Source of the DNA: an uncultured virus (IMG/VR IMGVR_UViG_3300020043_002236)
Lineage: Duplodnaviria > Heunggongvirae > Uroviricota > Caudoviricetes > Crassvirales
Reading direction: 5' to 3' (one strand)
Virus record (IMG/VR): IMGVR_UViG_3300020043_002236
Coordinates: 1 to 64,000 of that record
DNA length: 64,000 nucleotides
Part shown: positions 55,001 through 64,000 of the stretch, piece after piece
Numbering within the stretch: the first letter of the stretch is position 1
How the letters are laid out: each line of letters opens with the position of its first letter
Position numbers and translations under genes: made by a program
Notes under the pieces: generated by a model
Databases searched by the model: none
What the model was told of the DNA's origin: nothing
Seen by the model: the letters and a program-made list of their open reading frames with translations, nothing else

Positions 55001-58000
55001 AGGAGAACATAAGCTTTCATTTGTAAAACAATCTGATATCATAGACATAGATAAGTTAATAAATGAAATATCAGATAAAGGACAAAAAGTCTGGTTCTGG
55101 ATGGCAGACCAACTTGGTAGAGGTAATTATTACGATGCTGTAATAGATGGAGAACATTATTTAGATGCTGGACCTTCGTTTGCATTAGATCCTGCAAACA
55201 GAGATAATAATGCATTATGGGCTAGCGGTTTGTCGGAAAAAACACTTCAGTCTCAAATAAATAATTCTGACTACATATTTTTTATAAGCGGATCTCCGGA
55301 GAAAGCAAAGCTATTTAATAAAAGGGTTTTAGATTTAACTGCTTCTAGAATAAATAGCACTTCTAGTTTTGATGAATTTAAAAAATCTATAAACAACTTT
55401 AGTAAAGAGACTAATGAATTAAAGGTAATAAAAGATGCGTTAAATAGCGTAAGTTCTTTTGACGAATTATCTAGTAGTTCTAAAAGAAAACCTTTTTTAA
55501 TTGCTATAAATAAAGTCGGAAGCTCTAAGACAATGCCTAAAGGTTCTTTAAAAGAATTATTAAATTCATATAATGCTTTTGTGGATTACAATGAATTGAG
55601 AGATGGATTTTATAAAGATAATAATTTCTCTCAAAATGATATTATATTGGTTGGAAAGCCTACAGGACTAGGAGGTAAAGCTATTCACTCTACTTACGAA
55701 ACCTCTATTTTAGGAGAAGTAATAGGGGTGCCTGATAAAAAAATAAATTCATGGGATATAATGCCTGATGAATTAAAAGCTAAATATAAAGACTTAGTAG
55801 AGGGTAGAGAAGATAAAACTAAATCTCAGCAAACAAAAATAATTGCAGCTGAAACAGGTGTTATCAGAGAGATAGCAAAAAGAAAACAAACTCAATCTCC
55901 ATTACTAAGCGCTATAAAAAAAGCTAAGGACGCTGGTAAAACTGATAAGGCTATTTCAACTTACCTGCAATCTAAAGGGTTTACCGTAAAACAAATTACA
56001 GATGCGTTATTAAAATACAGTAAAGATAAGGCTGTTCAAGGTCAAAAGGCAGAAGGTGTTTTTACTAGAGAAGGCAGAAACAATGTTATTACATTTTTAG
56101 ACTCAGTAAAAAGAAGGTTTACTTCGGCTAGAGCGTTCTTGCCTAAGTCTGTTTTTATAGCTAAAGAAGGAATTGAGTCTGGTATAAAAACTCAATCTAA
56201 ACAAGCGGCTTACTTAGTAAAAGACTTTGACAATGCATTAAAGAATTATAAAGGAGATAAGGATAAATTAATCTCTGACTTCGATAAGTTTATCAGAGGA
56301 GAAGAAGTTGAATTGCCGGATGAGTTTATTTTTATAGGTTCTGACATGAGGAACCATATTGATAACTTATCAGAAATGCTTATAAAGTCTGGAGCTGTTG
56401 ATGAATATCAGGCTGATAACATAACAAAAAATATCGGATCGTATTTGACTCGTTCATACGAAGTATTCGATAAAAAGGATTGGGCTGAACAGGTAGACAA
56501 GGAAGTTATTCAAGCAGCAAGAAACTTCTTGAAAAAGCAGTTACTATCTGAAGCTATTAAGGAGGCTGATAAAAGTGGATTAGACGTTGATTCTGTCTTA
56601 GAGAATAAAGTAGATTTAGCTATAAACGACCTTATAGATAGAGAAGGTGCCGAGTCTTTTATTTCTGCTGGTAAGACTGGTTCTAAAGATGTGTCTATAC
56701 TTAAACAAAAAACAGATATTCCGTTAGAAATTAGGGCGTTAATGGGGGAATATACAGATCCTGCTCAGAACTATTCAAGAACTATTTTTAAAATAGCTTC
56801 CTTAATAAGTAACGCTAAGTTTTTAAATACTGTCAAAGAAAACGGTACCGGAGTGTTTTTATTTGAAAAGTACGATATCAATAGACCTAAAGAATTTGAC
56901 ACTCAAATAGCTGCTGAGGGTAGTGAAACAATGAACCCATTAAATGGAATGTACACCACTAAAGAAATAGCAGCTTCTTTAAAAGAGTCTGCCGGTCTGT
57001 TAAACAGTATAGACGTAGCACTTCCTTTTGAGATATCAAAACCCGTGAAGAACGTTTATGAATACTACATGAAGGCCCTTGGATCTGTAAAATGGTTAAA
57101 GACTATAGCGTCTATAGGTACTCACTTTAAAAACTTAACAGGTAACATAACCTTTATGTTAGCTAACGGATATTTTAAACCAGATGAGTATAGAAAGTCT
57201 GCTAAGGTAATCTATAATGACTTTTTAAATAAGTCAGACAAAGAGCTTAGAGAAAAAATGAAGGAGTACACTGAGGCTGGAATAGTAGATCAGAGTGCTG
57301 TTCTTGGTGAGTTAAGGGATATGTTTAAGGATCCTGACTTTGACAAAACTTTTGATAGAAGGATGGTTGATAAAAACCTTAACAAAGGACAAAAGTTATT
57401 GAACACTATTAAGCGTTACGGTAAAAAAGGAATGTCGTTAGCTGAAAATGCTTATCAAGCCGAGGATGATTACTTTAAAATCGTTGCATACGAAACAGAA
57501 AAAAATAGATACGCAAAGGCTATTTACAAGAAAGATTTTTCAGAGTTAGATGCTAACCAACAAAAAGAAATAGTTAACAAGGTTTCTGAGATAGTAAAGA
57601 ATAACCTTCCAAATTACGGAAGGGTTCCTGGAGCCGTTAAGTTAATTAAAGCCTTCCCTGTTGTTGGCACGTTTGTTTCGTTTCAATCTGAGGCCTTAAG
57701 AACAGCGTACAACATTGTTAACCTAGCTAAAGACGAGATAAAGTCAAGTAATCCAGAAATAAGAAAGATTGGGGCTCAAAGACTAGCAGGTATAATAGCC
57801 TCTCAGGCTGTTAAGTACGGGGTAATGTACTTGATTGGCGGTGCTGTTGCTGGAGATGACGAGGATAAAGAAAAAGAGAACGCTAAGAGATATGTAGCCC
57901 CATGGTCTAAAAATTCTAACATAATAGTTAAAAATCAAGGTGATGGCAAGTTTAGCTATATAGATATCAGCGCATCTGATCCGTTTGGAGGGATTGTTAA

Positions 58001-58715
58001 ACCCCTTAATGCTATGATGTCTGGAGATAATTTACTAGACGGATTTGTAGATGGGTTAAAGGAACTTATGGCTCCTTTTACTAACCCTGACATCCTTAAG
58101 TCTATGTTCACTGAAATATCTGAAAATAAGGATGCTTATGGAAATGAGCTGTATAACGAGAATGATAGTTTTGAAAAGAAGTCGGAAGCTATTCTTTCTA
58201 GGGTTTATAAAACATTTGAACCAGGATCCGTAACGTCAGCTAGAAAAATTTCGGAATCGGACGACATGCTTAATGAGATGGCTGGACAGTTTACAGGTTA
58301 TAAAGCTATAGATGTTGATCTTAAAAAACAGTTTTCATTTAAGATATACGACATGAAGGAGAATGAACTTTCAGCTAGAAAAATTTACACTAAAGCTGCA
58401 CGTCAATTTTCAGACAAAAAAATAACTAAAGAAGAATTGGATAAGGCTTATAGGCAATCTAATTCAGAAACATTGAAGTTATACCAAGATCTTAAAAAAG
58501 ATTACGACGCCGCTACGTACTTTGGAACATTACCTAAGGATCTTAGATCAGAAATGAGAAGATCTAAGGTAGGTAAAAATGTAATTCGAAATATAGCCAC
58601 AGGTAATTTTAAGGATATAAAAATAAAACAAATTCCTTTAAGTGACGAAGAGCTTAAGATTAAAAATCCAGAGGCTTATAGAATGAGAATGAAATTAAGA
58701 AAAGCCTCTAATTAG
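52035..58715 (+). CDS. Giant internal virion/ejection polyvalent protein
   Basis: 2226 aa; AHEVFH...EEKLAE zincin-like motif; GNAT-like segment KLDNFD...YEKAGF. Confidence 0.75.
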   Translation: MPDNKILSQQDRAKLDGIVQKMISNKESESNIKFVVEDFKDKYGSSGEVKKKESSQPTSQEEVWGSNSQPKDAYTSLVIDQQIPQQESVISNGEQPKMRTLGVDITAEEALKQAPKKQPIINKEIQAKIKNAKFKPKEYRNIGSKLVDKIATGSSQLGVDIASVPELIYEVAAAPQNAIASIFDIPSLKADSESFKKNMNIHNSVKDYYSSQVSELSAKSKELDQQYSQGVYDSFVNGNYGAGFDQLTSSFAESLPTTAAIMVGGAYAKAPQILATSTMIFGANKNEQLKKDHPELSTNARVANSLATGFAQAATETLGSASIGSAAKALVAREGKPKALSILKDGLQKYYKSALEKNPLTASTLGEGIEEWSSLVAENSIDVATGVKPIDYNVFEGGSDAFLGGTFGGAVFGTGLTGIKNTINYQDQKKIKENIKNIFDLQSQLENQNISPEIKQEINSKIEKLVLENEKYVQEDISKIDSLSSEVKDKLISATNTIDSLKSKAKEINESEDITDETKSILLSDLKNQAIENVQLKNSILDGTYVENRVTTEQKQKIEEVTPVEATEVETTVEETVSPTTEVTPQAYVEELTKTKESDPEAYWSVSEVSLEDAAKGTIIDTEDGSALVKPDGDIAGLFKKLTSKTKGVAQDLLSKAVDAGGIKLDNFDGYLTKQYEKAGFKIVSRVPFNEEYAGDLQGWNKEKHGTPDVVAMVYDPNNELDIEEKTFDDYDEAMAYRDSFVDQAKQNVKDSEDLTKFFDESEDVAISKDMPTLVSKAKIALSKILPKVDVVLYDNEDLYAESVGEIDNEVKSNGAFIGNKIHINPSKANGRTVAHEVFHAILLNAVKTDINAAKVTLNMINSVMKSVSPELKVKLQEFVENGYDDQKELWNEEKLAELVGYLADNYESLSKPNKNLIKQWLDEIAKLFGLKQFTDNEVVDLLNAISGKVSTGEVITETDVKALKYGASTYISEPTEIRQSKSGSPVKVGEHKLSFVKQSDIIDIDKLINEISDKGQKVWFWMADQLGRGNYYDAVIDGEHYLDAGPSFALDPANRDNNALWASGLSEKTLQSQINNSDYIFFISGSPEKAKLFNKRVLDLTASRINSTSSFDEFKKSINNFSKETNELKVIKDALNSVSSFDELSSSSKRKPFLIAINKVGSSKTMPKGSLKELLNSYNAFVDYNELRDGFYKDNNFSQNDIILVGKPTGLGGKAIHSTYETSILGEVIGVPDKKINSWDIMPDELKAKYKDLVEGREDKTKSQQTKIIAAETGVIREIAKRKQTQSPLLSAIKKAKDAGKTDKAISTYLQSKGFTVKQITDALLKYSKDKAVQGQKAEGVFTREGRNNVITFLDSVKRRFTSARAFLPKSVFIAKEGIESGIKTQSKQAAYLVKDFDNALKNYKGDKDKLISDFDKFIRGEEVELPDEFIFIGSDMRNHIDNLSEMLIKSGAVDEYQADNITKNIGSYLTRSYEVFDKKDWAEQVDKEVIQAARNFLKKQLLSEAIKEADKSGLDVDSVLENKVDLAINDLIDREGAESFISAGKTGSKDVSILKQKTDIPLEIRALMGEYTDPAQNYSRTIFKIASLISNAKFLNTVKENGTGVFLFEKYDINRPKEFDTQIAAEGSETMNPLNGMYTTKEIAASLKESAGLLNSIDVALPFEISKPVKNVYEYYMKALGSVKWLKTIASIGTHFKNLTGNITFMLANGYFKPDEYRKSAKVIYNDFLNKSDKELREKMKEYTEAGIVDQSAVLGELRDMFKDPDFDKTFDRRMVDKNLNKGQKLLNTIKRYGKKGMSLAENAYQAEDDYFKIVAYETEKNRYAKAIYKKDFSELDANQQKEIVNKVSEIVKNNLPNYGRVPGAVKLIKAFPVVGTFVSFQSEALRTAYNIVNLAKDEIKSSNPEIRKIGAQRLAGIIASQAVKYGVMYLIGGAVAGDDEDKEKENAKRYVAPWSKNSNIIVKNQGDGKFSYIDISASDPFGGIVKPLNAMMSGDNLLDGFVDGLKELMAPFTNPDILKSMFTEISENKDAYGNELYNENDSFEKKSEAILSRVYKTFEPGSVTSARKISESDDMLNEMAGQFTGYKAIDVDLKKQFSFKIYDMKENELSARKIYTKAARQFSDKKITKEELDKAYRQSNSETLKLYQDLKKDYDAATYFGTLPKDLRSEMRRSKVGKNVIRNIATGNFKDIKIKQIPLSDEELKIKNPEAYRMRMKLRKASN

Positions 58716-58722
58716 AGGCTTT
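58701..58722. terminator. Palindrome at the convergence of the two transcription units
   Basis: AAAGCCTCTAATTAGAGGCTTT; contains both stop codons. Confidence 0.6.
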
Positions 58723-59025
58723 ATCTTTTATGAACTGTCCTTCAATCATAACTCCTGATCGCTTACTAATTACATCATATGCAGATTGTAAGCACTCAAG
58801 CAAATCTAAATTTTGCATTTTTGCCTGAATGATGAGTGTGACTAGAATATCACCTAGAGCATCTACTATCTCTGCTCTATCCTCTTTGTCTATAGCGTCT
58901 AGCAATTCGTTGGACTCTTCTATTGTCTTAAGTGCTTGAGCGGTTGGATTTCCTTTAGAGAATATTCCTTTTTCTTCGGCCCATTCTTCTACGTTTGTTT
59001 CTAGTAATCTATACATTTGTTTCAT
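58708..59025 (-). CDS. MazG-like NTP pyrophosphohydrolase
   Basis: WAEEKG, KTIEESNEL, DALGDILVTLII, AYDVISKR.G. Confidence 0.85.
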   Translation of the reverse strand: MKQMYRLLETNVEEWAEEKGIFSKGNPTAQALKTIEESNELLDAIDKEDRAEIVDALGDILVTLIIQAKMQNLDLLECLQSAYDVISKRSGVMIEGQFIKDKASN

Positions 59026-59240
59026 GTTCTTTTTAAGTGACTGGCTGTCCAGTTCTTTTTTTTAATTATTTTTTTTAACGATTCCTTATCGTTAGTTGCT
59101 AGTATCATAAGATATAGCGCATCCCTTGTACTTGTGGCATAATGCACAGTAAACGTGTTTAGATCTAGTAAGACTACCCTGTCATCAAAGTAGTCTACTA
59201 GAAATCTTTTTCTAAGCTTTTTATTTAACTTATGTTTCAT
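59022..59240 (-). CDS. Hypothetical protein
   Basis: 72 aa ORF, ATGA-coupled. Confidence 0.55.
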   Translation of the reverse strand: MKHKLNKKLRKRFLVDYFDDRVVLLDLNTFTVHYATSTRDALYLMILATNDKESLKKIIKKKNWTASHLKRT

Positions 59241-59917
59241 TTTAAAAATATTTCTGGGTTCTTATAATACCATTTAAAGTTCTTGTATGTTTTTAATTTT
59301 CCTCTCATACAACTACTTACATTTCCTATGTTATATTTAAGTTCTCTCTTTATATCCATCAAACAATTCCATTCCTTTATCACGTTATCTTCCCTGTCGC
59401 ACTGTAATACCTTGATACTTTTAGGATTATTTTCTGAGAAGAATCCTCTCCTATTGCTAACCCTTCCTTTTCTTCCTCGGCTTTTATAAACTTCCTCGCT
59501 ATATACCCTTCCTTTATTAGCTCTTGATATTTTATCTTTAGTCTCTTGAGTGTGGGTTTTTCCAAGCCAATGTTTATTTCCTTTAGCAGCTTCAGACATT
59601 TTTATCAATGTTTTCGCAGATACCTTACCACTTTTGTCGTTAGTTTTTGTTAATCTACAATTCAATCCTTTATTTAAACATTGAAAAAACTCTTGATAAT
59701 ACCTTTCATAATTATTTAGTTCTGATTCTAAACATTCTTTTATTACTTCGAATTTATGTTTGTCAACTCCGTACTTTATAAACGATCTATGAAGTTTTAT
59801 TTGCCCTGTATTTTTTACATACATTCTCAAGTAACTATCGAATCTTTTTTCTATATTAACACTCTGTCCGATATATACTTTATCGGACGGAGATGTTATT
59901 TTATATATACCTATCAT
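59237..59917 (-). mobile_element. GIY-YIG homing endonuclease gene (NUMOD3/NUMOD1-like)
   Basis: IGIYKITSP..KVYIGQS; HTQETKDKIS; C-terminal HTH-like segment. Confidence 0.88.
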
Positions 59918-61143
59918 AAAAACAATCCAAGTATTAAAGCTATGTTAAATACGTGTACTATTCGTGCGATCTGCCCGTGAGTTTTAGAGTGTAAGAATCC
60001 TTCTATAGCCTTAGGGGCATGCTGGTAACCGTTACGAGAATGCCAACCATCTGCGCTACTTGGACTCCTCATACTCTCAACAGTTACTCCAATAAAGTCC
60101 TTAGACGTCTTATGATGCACGTGATGAGTATAAATGTATCTATGCTTAGTACTGCTCCATTCTGGACTTTCCTGAGCCATAAGTAGCGGTAAGTCTTGAG
60201 TCTTAGCTCCGTCACCATGACTTGTTCCAATTAAGTTGTCGTAGTACCTGAAGTACTTTCTATGCTTAATATCACAGTCGAACGTAATGTTTTTGCAGTC
60301 CTTGAAGTACGTCTCAATAACGTTAGCCAAAAAGAATCCGTGAGTAAAGTCGTGGTTAGAAGGATTGAAAACAAAGTGAACATCAGCTACTTGAATTAAT
60401 CTAGTAAGAACATCTATGTATAGTTCCTTAGCGATTAAGAAGTTACTGTACCACATTCCATCTGTGTCCTGAGGCGTTCCTGATGTTGTTGTTCTTTTTG
60501 GCGTATCAATGTGAAGTATGTCGTTACCTCCGATAAATAATACCTTATCGATATTAAATCCTTTAGTCTTCTCTATAATTCCATCGACTCCCTCTTTAAC
60601 TCTTCTAACCGCAATTTGATTATTATAATCCTCTCCAGTCTCAAAGCTCATGGATAACTTACCAATATGGCAGTCAGCTGGATCAACAACTAATAAATAA
60701 GTTTCATTATCTACTGGACGCTGTCTTACTATAGTGGAAGGCTTGTTAGGAAGTTCCGATAGATCCTTAAGCAGATCATCGAAGAACTTATTGATGTCAT
60801 CATTCTTTAGAATGTTACTAGCAATGTTATAGTAAGGCGTTCCCGTATGGGTAACTAGCTTATACGTTCTAGCCTGCTCAAATGGTATACCATAGTACAC
60901 GCAGTACTCCTCTATATTCATTATAGTTCCGTCAGACTTCATCGCTGATAGTTGTACTTCATTCTTGTACTGATTAGTATCGGACCTGTTTACCACGTCA
61001 TGAAACGTACGTCTTACTCCGTCTGTAAACTCTATTCCGAATGATGCACATGCCCTCTTTACTGCTTTAGTAACTGATAGTCCTCCGGTAACTAGATCGT
61101 TAACCATAACTATCATTTCATTAGGATACTTGTTCTTTGCCAT
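59914..61143 (-). CDS. Calcineurin-like metallophosphoesterase
   Basis: DCHIGK, GNDILH, SNHD, HGD, HVHH. Confidence 0.8.
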   Translation of the reverse strand: MAKNKYPNEMIVMVNDLVTGGLSVTKAVKRACASFGIEFTDGVRRTFHDVVNRSDTNQYKNEVQLSAMKSDGTIMNIEEYCVYYGIPFEQARTYKLVTHTGTPYYNIASNILKNDDINKFFDDLLKDLSELPNKPSTIVRQRPVDNETYLLVVDPADCHIGKLSMSFETGEDYNNQIAVRRVKEGVDGIIEKTKGFNIDKVLFIGGNDILHIDTPKRTTTSGTPQDTDGMWYSNFLIAKELYIDVLTRLIQVADVHFVFNPSNHDFTHGFFLANVIETYFKDCKNITFDCDIKHRKYFRYYDNLIGTSHGDGAKTQDLPLLMAQESPEWSSTKHRYIYTHHVHHKTSKDFIGVTVESMRSPSSADGWHSRNGYQHAPKAIEGFLHSKTHGQIARIVHVFNIALILGLFL

Positions 61144-61184
61144 ATCTTTGTTTTAAAATGTTTTTATAAACTTTATTTACTCTC

Positions 61185-61400
61185 TCAGAGTTGTGGCCCA
61201 TCTTGTAGTAATAGCTCATCACCCTGTATATTCTTTGTAGTGGACTTTGTTTCATAGTAGTAATCACATGTTTTAGTTTTTTTATCGTAAGGCTCGTCAA
61301 TAAAATATGACTGCATAATAGAGTGCGGTTCTGTTATATATCTATAACAATTACTGTATAGATCACAGCATTTTGGTTTACACATAGTTATATCACTCAT
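61185..61400 (-). CDS. Small Cys-rich protein
   Basis: MSDITMC...CYRY...QSYF...C. Confidence 0.65.
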   Translation of the reverse strand: MSDITMCKPKCCDLYSNCYRYITEPHSIMQSYFIDEPYDKKTKTCDYYYETKSTTKNIQGDELLLQDGPQL

Positions 61401-62041
61401 AAATTAAACGCTTTTAATGTATGTTCAAATGGATTCCCTTCAATATTTTTTACGATATCTAACATGTTCTGAGCTAATTCTCTAACCTCAACTTGAGCAT
61501 GCTCTGAGTTTCTTAGTCCTTGAAAGTGAGCAAAGCTTCTCCAATTAAATGAAATATCTAAGGTAATTTGAGAATTCATTGTCTTAAAGAAACGCGCTGA
61601 CTCTTTAGCTCTTTTTCTACCAAGCACCGGGGTCAATTCATTTAATGATTGATGATATAAGTAATTTGCCTCATTAGTGAATTTTTGTAATGCTTCAGCC
61701 CATGTAACTACGTTATCACTCATCTCAGCGCCAAACCAATCTTCAGGAATATACGTCTTATCCTCTTTTAATTCTTTATACCTAGCACTTTCTCCGTTAA
61801 TTTGAACTCCGATACGGTGCTTCAATAAATGAATATGAGTAGCTTGATCAACATTAACTAAAAAGTGAAGTTGACTTTTTTCAAATGGCGTATGGTGACC
61901 TTCTGAAGCAAGCATAAATAATAATTTAGGAACTCTTCCTATCTTATCTTCAGTCAATTCCCTTGATGTAGATGTCCAAGCAGACTGTGCGTGGACCTGA
62001 TCTGATCCGTAGTAACCTAATAACTCGACACTATTTTTCAT
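61397..62041 (-). CDS. thyX: Flavin-dependent thymidylate synthase
   Basis: GHHTPFE, LLKHR...ESARY, LRNSEHAQVEVR. Confidence 0.92.
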   Translation of the reverse strand: MKNSVELLGYYGSDQVHAQSAWTSTSRELTEDKIGRVPKLLFMLASEGHHTPFEKSQLHFLVNVDQATHIHLLKHRIGVQINGESARYKELKEDKTYIPEDWFGAEMSDNVVTWAEALQKFTNEANYLYHQSLNELTPVLGRKRAKESARFFKTMNSQITLDISFNWRSFAHFQGLRNSEHAQVEVRELAQNMLDIVKNIEGNPFEHTLKAFNL

Positions 62042-62459
62042 TTCTTAGTCTTTCAAGATAAAGTATTCCATCCATAAGCTCTTGTTGTAAGTGCTCAGCC
62101 CATCCGTCGAAGTTAATGTCTTTTCTATCTAGAGTGGTTCCATATTTTTTAATACCCACATCAGACCTATCTTTAAACTTTTTAATTACTGACTCAACGA
62201 CAGAGTCTGTCTTTACAGTTTCAAATATTACAGGAATGTTCTGTATATAAGCCTCTGGGTTGTTTTTTACTCTCTTAAAGTGATCTTTAAAATCATCTGA
62301 CTTATCCATCTGATGTGTTGGATCAAACAAAGAAGGTAGTATATTTTTACCTGTGGCTTCATACGTCCATCCAGATTTATACGCTAGCGTACCATCATTC
62401 ATTATGTAGTCCTTAATACATCTGTACTGTTGTCCCTTTTTAATTGATTTCATTTTCAA
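62031..62459 (-). CDS. Hypothetical protein with C-terminal helical NTP-PPase-like motif
   Basis: GIKKYGTTLDR...HLQQELMDGILY. Confidence 0.6.
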   Translation of the reverse strand: MKMKSIKKGQQYRCIKDYIMNDGTLAYKSGWTYEATGKNILPSLFDPTHQMDKSDDFKDHFKRVKNNPEAYIQNIPVIFETVKTDSVVESVIKKFKDRSDVGIKKYGTTLDRKDINFDGWAEHLQQELMDGILYLERLRNEK

Positions 62460-62654
62460 TATATTTTAAAATTTTTCTTAATTCGTTTATAGCGTCTAGT
62501 ACCTCTTGTTTTTCTGAATCACACATTCCCTCATAAATTGCATCGGTCTGATCATTTATGTCTTTGATAATCTGTTGAATATTTTCCATAATAGTTTTTT
62601 GTTTGTAAAGTTAAAGCATATAGCAATCAACATGTAAATAAGTTTTTAACAAAA

Positions 62655-63119
62655 TCAATATGTTTCTAACAATGTTTCTATCAATTTATACGTTAACTCT
62701 AGTTTGTCGTCAGGAACTTTATTCACCAAGTCAAATAACTTCTTTGCTTTATCGTTTATTTCGTATCTTCCGTATGTTAATTCTAAGTATCTTTCTTTTT
62801 CTACAGTAGTAATATCTAGAGCTAACAATATCTTGCTATACATCGCATACATTCTTTTGTATGGGCGTATATTATAATCAAACATTCTTAATGAGTTAAT
62901 TATAGTTCCATGATTCTTTCCAATAGTATCTGCTATTTGCTGATATGTAAAGTAATAGTATTCATAAAGTATCTTTGAATACATACATCTGGCATCTATC
63001 TGTTTTTGCTCTCTGCAATTTCTATTGACGTCTACGTCCATCTCATACTTAATATATTCCTTTACTTTATCTGAGATATCTTTTAGTTCTTTTTCATCTC
63101 TTTTAAATTTCTTTGTCAT
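62655..63119 (-). CDS. DnaA C-terminal-like HTH DNA-binding protein
   Basis: R....DAR...YQQIADTIGKNHGTIINS. Confidence 0.65.
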   Translation of the reverse strand: MTKKFKRDEKELKDISDKVKEYIKYEMDVDVNRNCREQKQIDARCMYSKILYEYYYFTYQQIADTIGKNHGTIINSLRMFDYNIRPYKRMYAMYSKILLALDITTVEKERYLELTYGRYEINDKAKKLFDLVNKVPDDKLELTYKLIETLLETY

Positions 63120-63370
63120 GGGTATATCTTTCCTTTAGTGTCGTGTAGGCAGAACGCCTCAAAACCTTGTTTAATTAATTCATCTATTCTAAACCTCTGT
63201 AGTGGCTTCAGTGTGTCTCCACCCTCCTTGCACTCTATAAAAATAGTTTTTCCGTCTTTGAAACAGAACAGGTCTGGATAACCGCTAACGCTTAGCTTTA
63301 TCGTGTTTATCACTATCCAACCCTCGTTCTCGTACTTCTTCTTTACTTTCGCTTGATGCTTGCTTGCCAT
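63116..63370 (-). CDS. VRR-NUC domain nuclease/resolvase
   Basis: GYPDL, FIECK, LKPLQ. Confidence 0.85.
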   Translation of the reverse strand: MASKHQAKVKKKYENEGWIVINTIKLSVSGYPDLFCFKDGKTIFIECKEGGDTLKPLQRFRIDELIKQGFEAFCLHDTKGKIYP

Positions 63371-63485
63371 ATCCTTTACATTTATTACAGTATAATGTGT
63401 CAGTGAATCCTAGATTAATTATAGCTCTACAGTTGTTGCACAGAGTGACTCCGTCGCAGTTATTAAAATTGTGTAGTGGCCTCAT
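63285..63485 (-). CDS. Small zinc-finger protein
   Basis: LCNNC...YCNKC. Confidence 0.55.
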   Translation of the reverse strand: MRPLHNFNNCDGVTLCNNCRAIINLGFTDTLYCNKCKGYGKQASSESKEEVRERGLDSDKHDKAKR

Positions 63486-63700
63486 AACTTTTCTATTTCT
63501 TGTTTAACTTCTTCCCAAAATTTAACGTTTTCAGTTACATATTCTTTTGAATTGTCTGCATATTTTATAATTTCCCACAATATCTCATCAACTGCTATTA
63601 ATGCACATTGTTTTGCTTTTTCTTTTTTTTCGTAGTCTCTAATTGATAACAATTGACAATACAATTCTACTAACTCTTTTGCTTTTTCTTTTGGTGTCAT
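63482..63700 (-). CDS. MTPKEKA...KQEIEKL family protein
   Basis: Paralogue of 14844..15047. Confidence 0.75.
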   Translation of the reverse strand: MTPKEKAKELVELYCQLLSIRDYEKKEKAKQCALIAVDEILWEIIKYADNSKEYVTENVKFWEEVKQEIEKL

Positions 63701-63942
63701 AATTTTTCAATTTCTTGTTTAACTTTTTTTAAATATTCAAAATCAACATTTTTAATAAAAAAATTTTTAGAATCTACACGATATATATCTAATGTTTTTT
63801 TAGGTATATATTTCAATAATTTATTTATAGAAACTAATGCTATTTTAATTGGTAAATCTTTATTATAACCATATTCTAATTCTTTAAATAATAATTCTTC
63901 ATATATTTTTATTAATTCTATTGCTTTTTCTTTTGGCGTCAT
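63697..63942 (-). CDS. MTPKEKA...KQEIEKL family protein
   Basis: Tandem paralogue; ATG at 63942, upstream sequence is the chimeric end. Confidence 0.7.
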   Translation of the reverse strand: MTPKEKAIELIKIYEELLFKELEYGYNKDLPIKIALVSINKLLKYIPKKTLDIYRVDSKNFFIKNVDFEYLKKVKQEIEKL

Positions 63943-64000
63943 CACCTTTACGCAGGAGCAGGCCGGATTTAGTTCTGAAATCGAGGAGGAGATACTTTAT
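63937..64000. repeat. Inverted copy of 1593-1656 (probable chimeric contig end)
   Basis: Exact reverse complement of helicase-internal sequence. Confidence 0.9.

Noticed and set aside
22833..59980. Many short antisense or out-of-frame ORFs inside groEL, terL, portal, capsid, tail and ejection genes (and similar ones inside the helicase and primase)
   Set aside because: Shadow ORFs nested in well-supported genes, with no motifs or start signals.
1..64000. Stop-codon reassignment as the cause of the many short ORFs
   Set aside because: Long conserved genes are intact in code 11, and the mini-ORFs have their own starts and coupled stop/start junctions using all three stop codons.

Overview
A near-complete ~64 kb tailed-phage genome, most likely a podovirus infecting a Bacteroidota (Flavobacterium-like) host. 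The host call rests on many TAnnTTTG -7 promoters, a DUF3127-like SSB and a VirE_N/BT4734-type primase-helicase. Gene content and order (GroEL/GroES, terminase-portal-scaffold-capsid, ring/stabilisation proteins, giant ejection protein) recall Cellulophaga phi38:1-like phages; this is inference and was not searched. The minus strand (58.7-64 kb and 0.1-19.7 kb) carries early, replication and nucleotide-metabolism genes plus dozens of mini-ORFs. The plus strand (20.3-58.7 kb) carries tRNA/ncRNAs, chaperonins, lysis and virion genes. The main finding is three textbook hammerhead ribozymes (19300-19354, 19042-19091, 18767-18816, all minus strand) that punctuate the first genes of the early transcript. 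They would release a ~340-nt structured leader RNA and single-gene mRNAs. Two share an identical stem I, so the 275-nt unit between them could self-ligate into a protein-coding circle. Other findings: mini-gene cassettes joined by a recurring 22-bp stop/start motif, mosaic paralogue families, two tRNA-like RNAs with no normal anticodon loop, an iteron-flanked putative origin, a palindromic two-way promoter, and a homing endonuclease that left a relic of the endolysin C-terminus. Both window ends are short inverted copies of internal sequence, probably chimeric artefacts. I saw no DNA polymerase, integrase, reverse transcriptase or CRISPR array.
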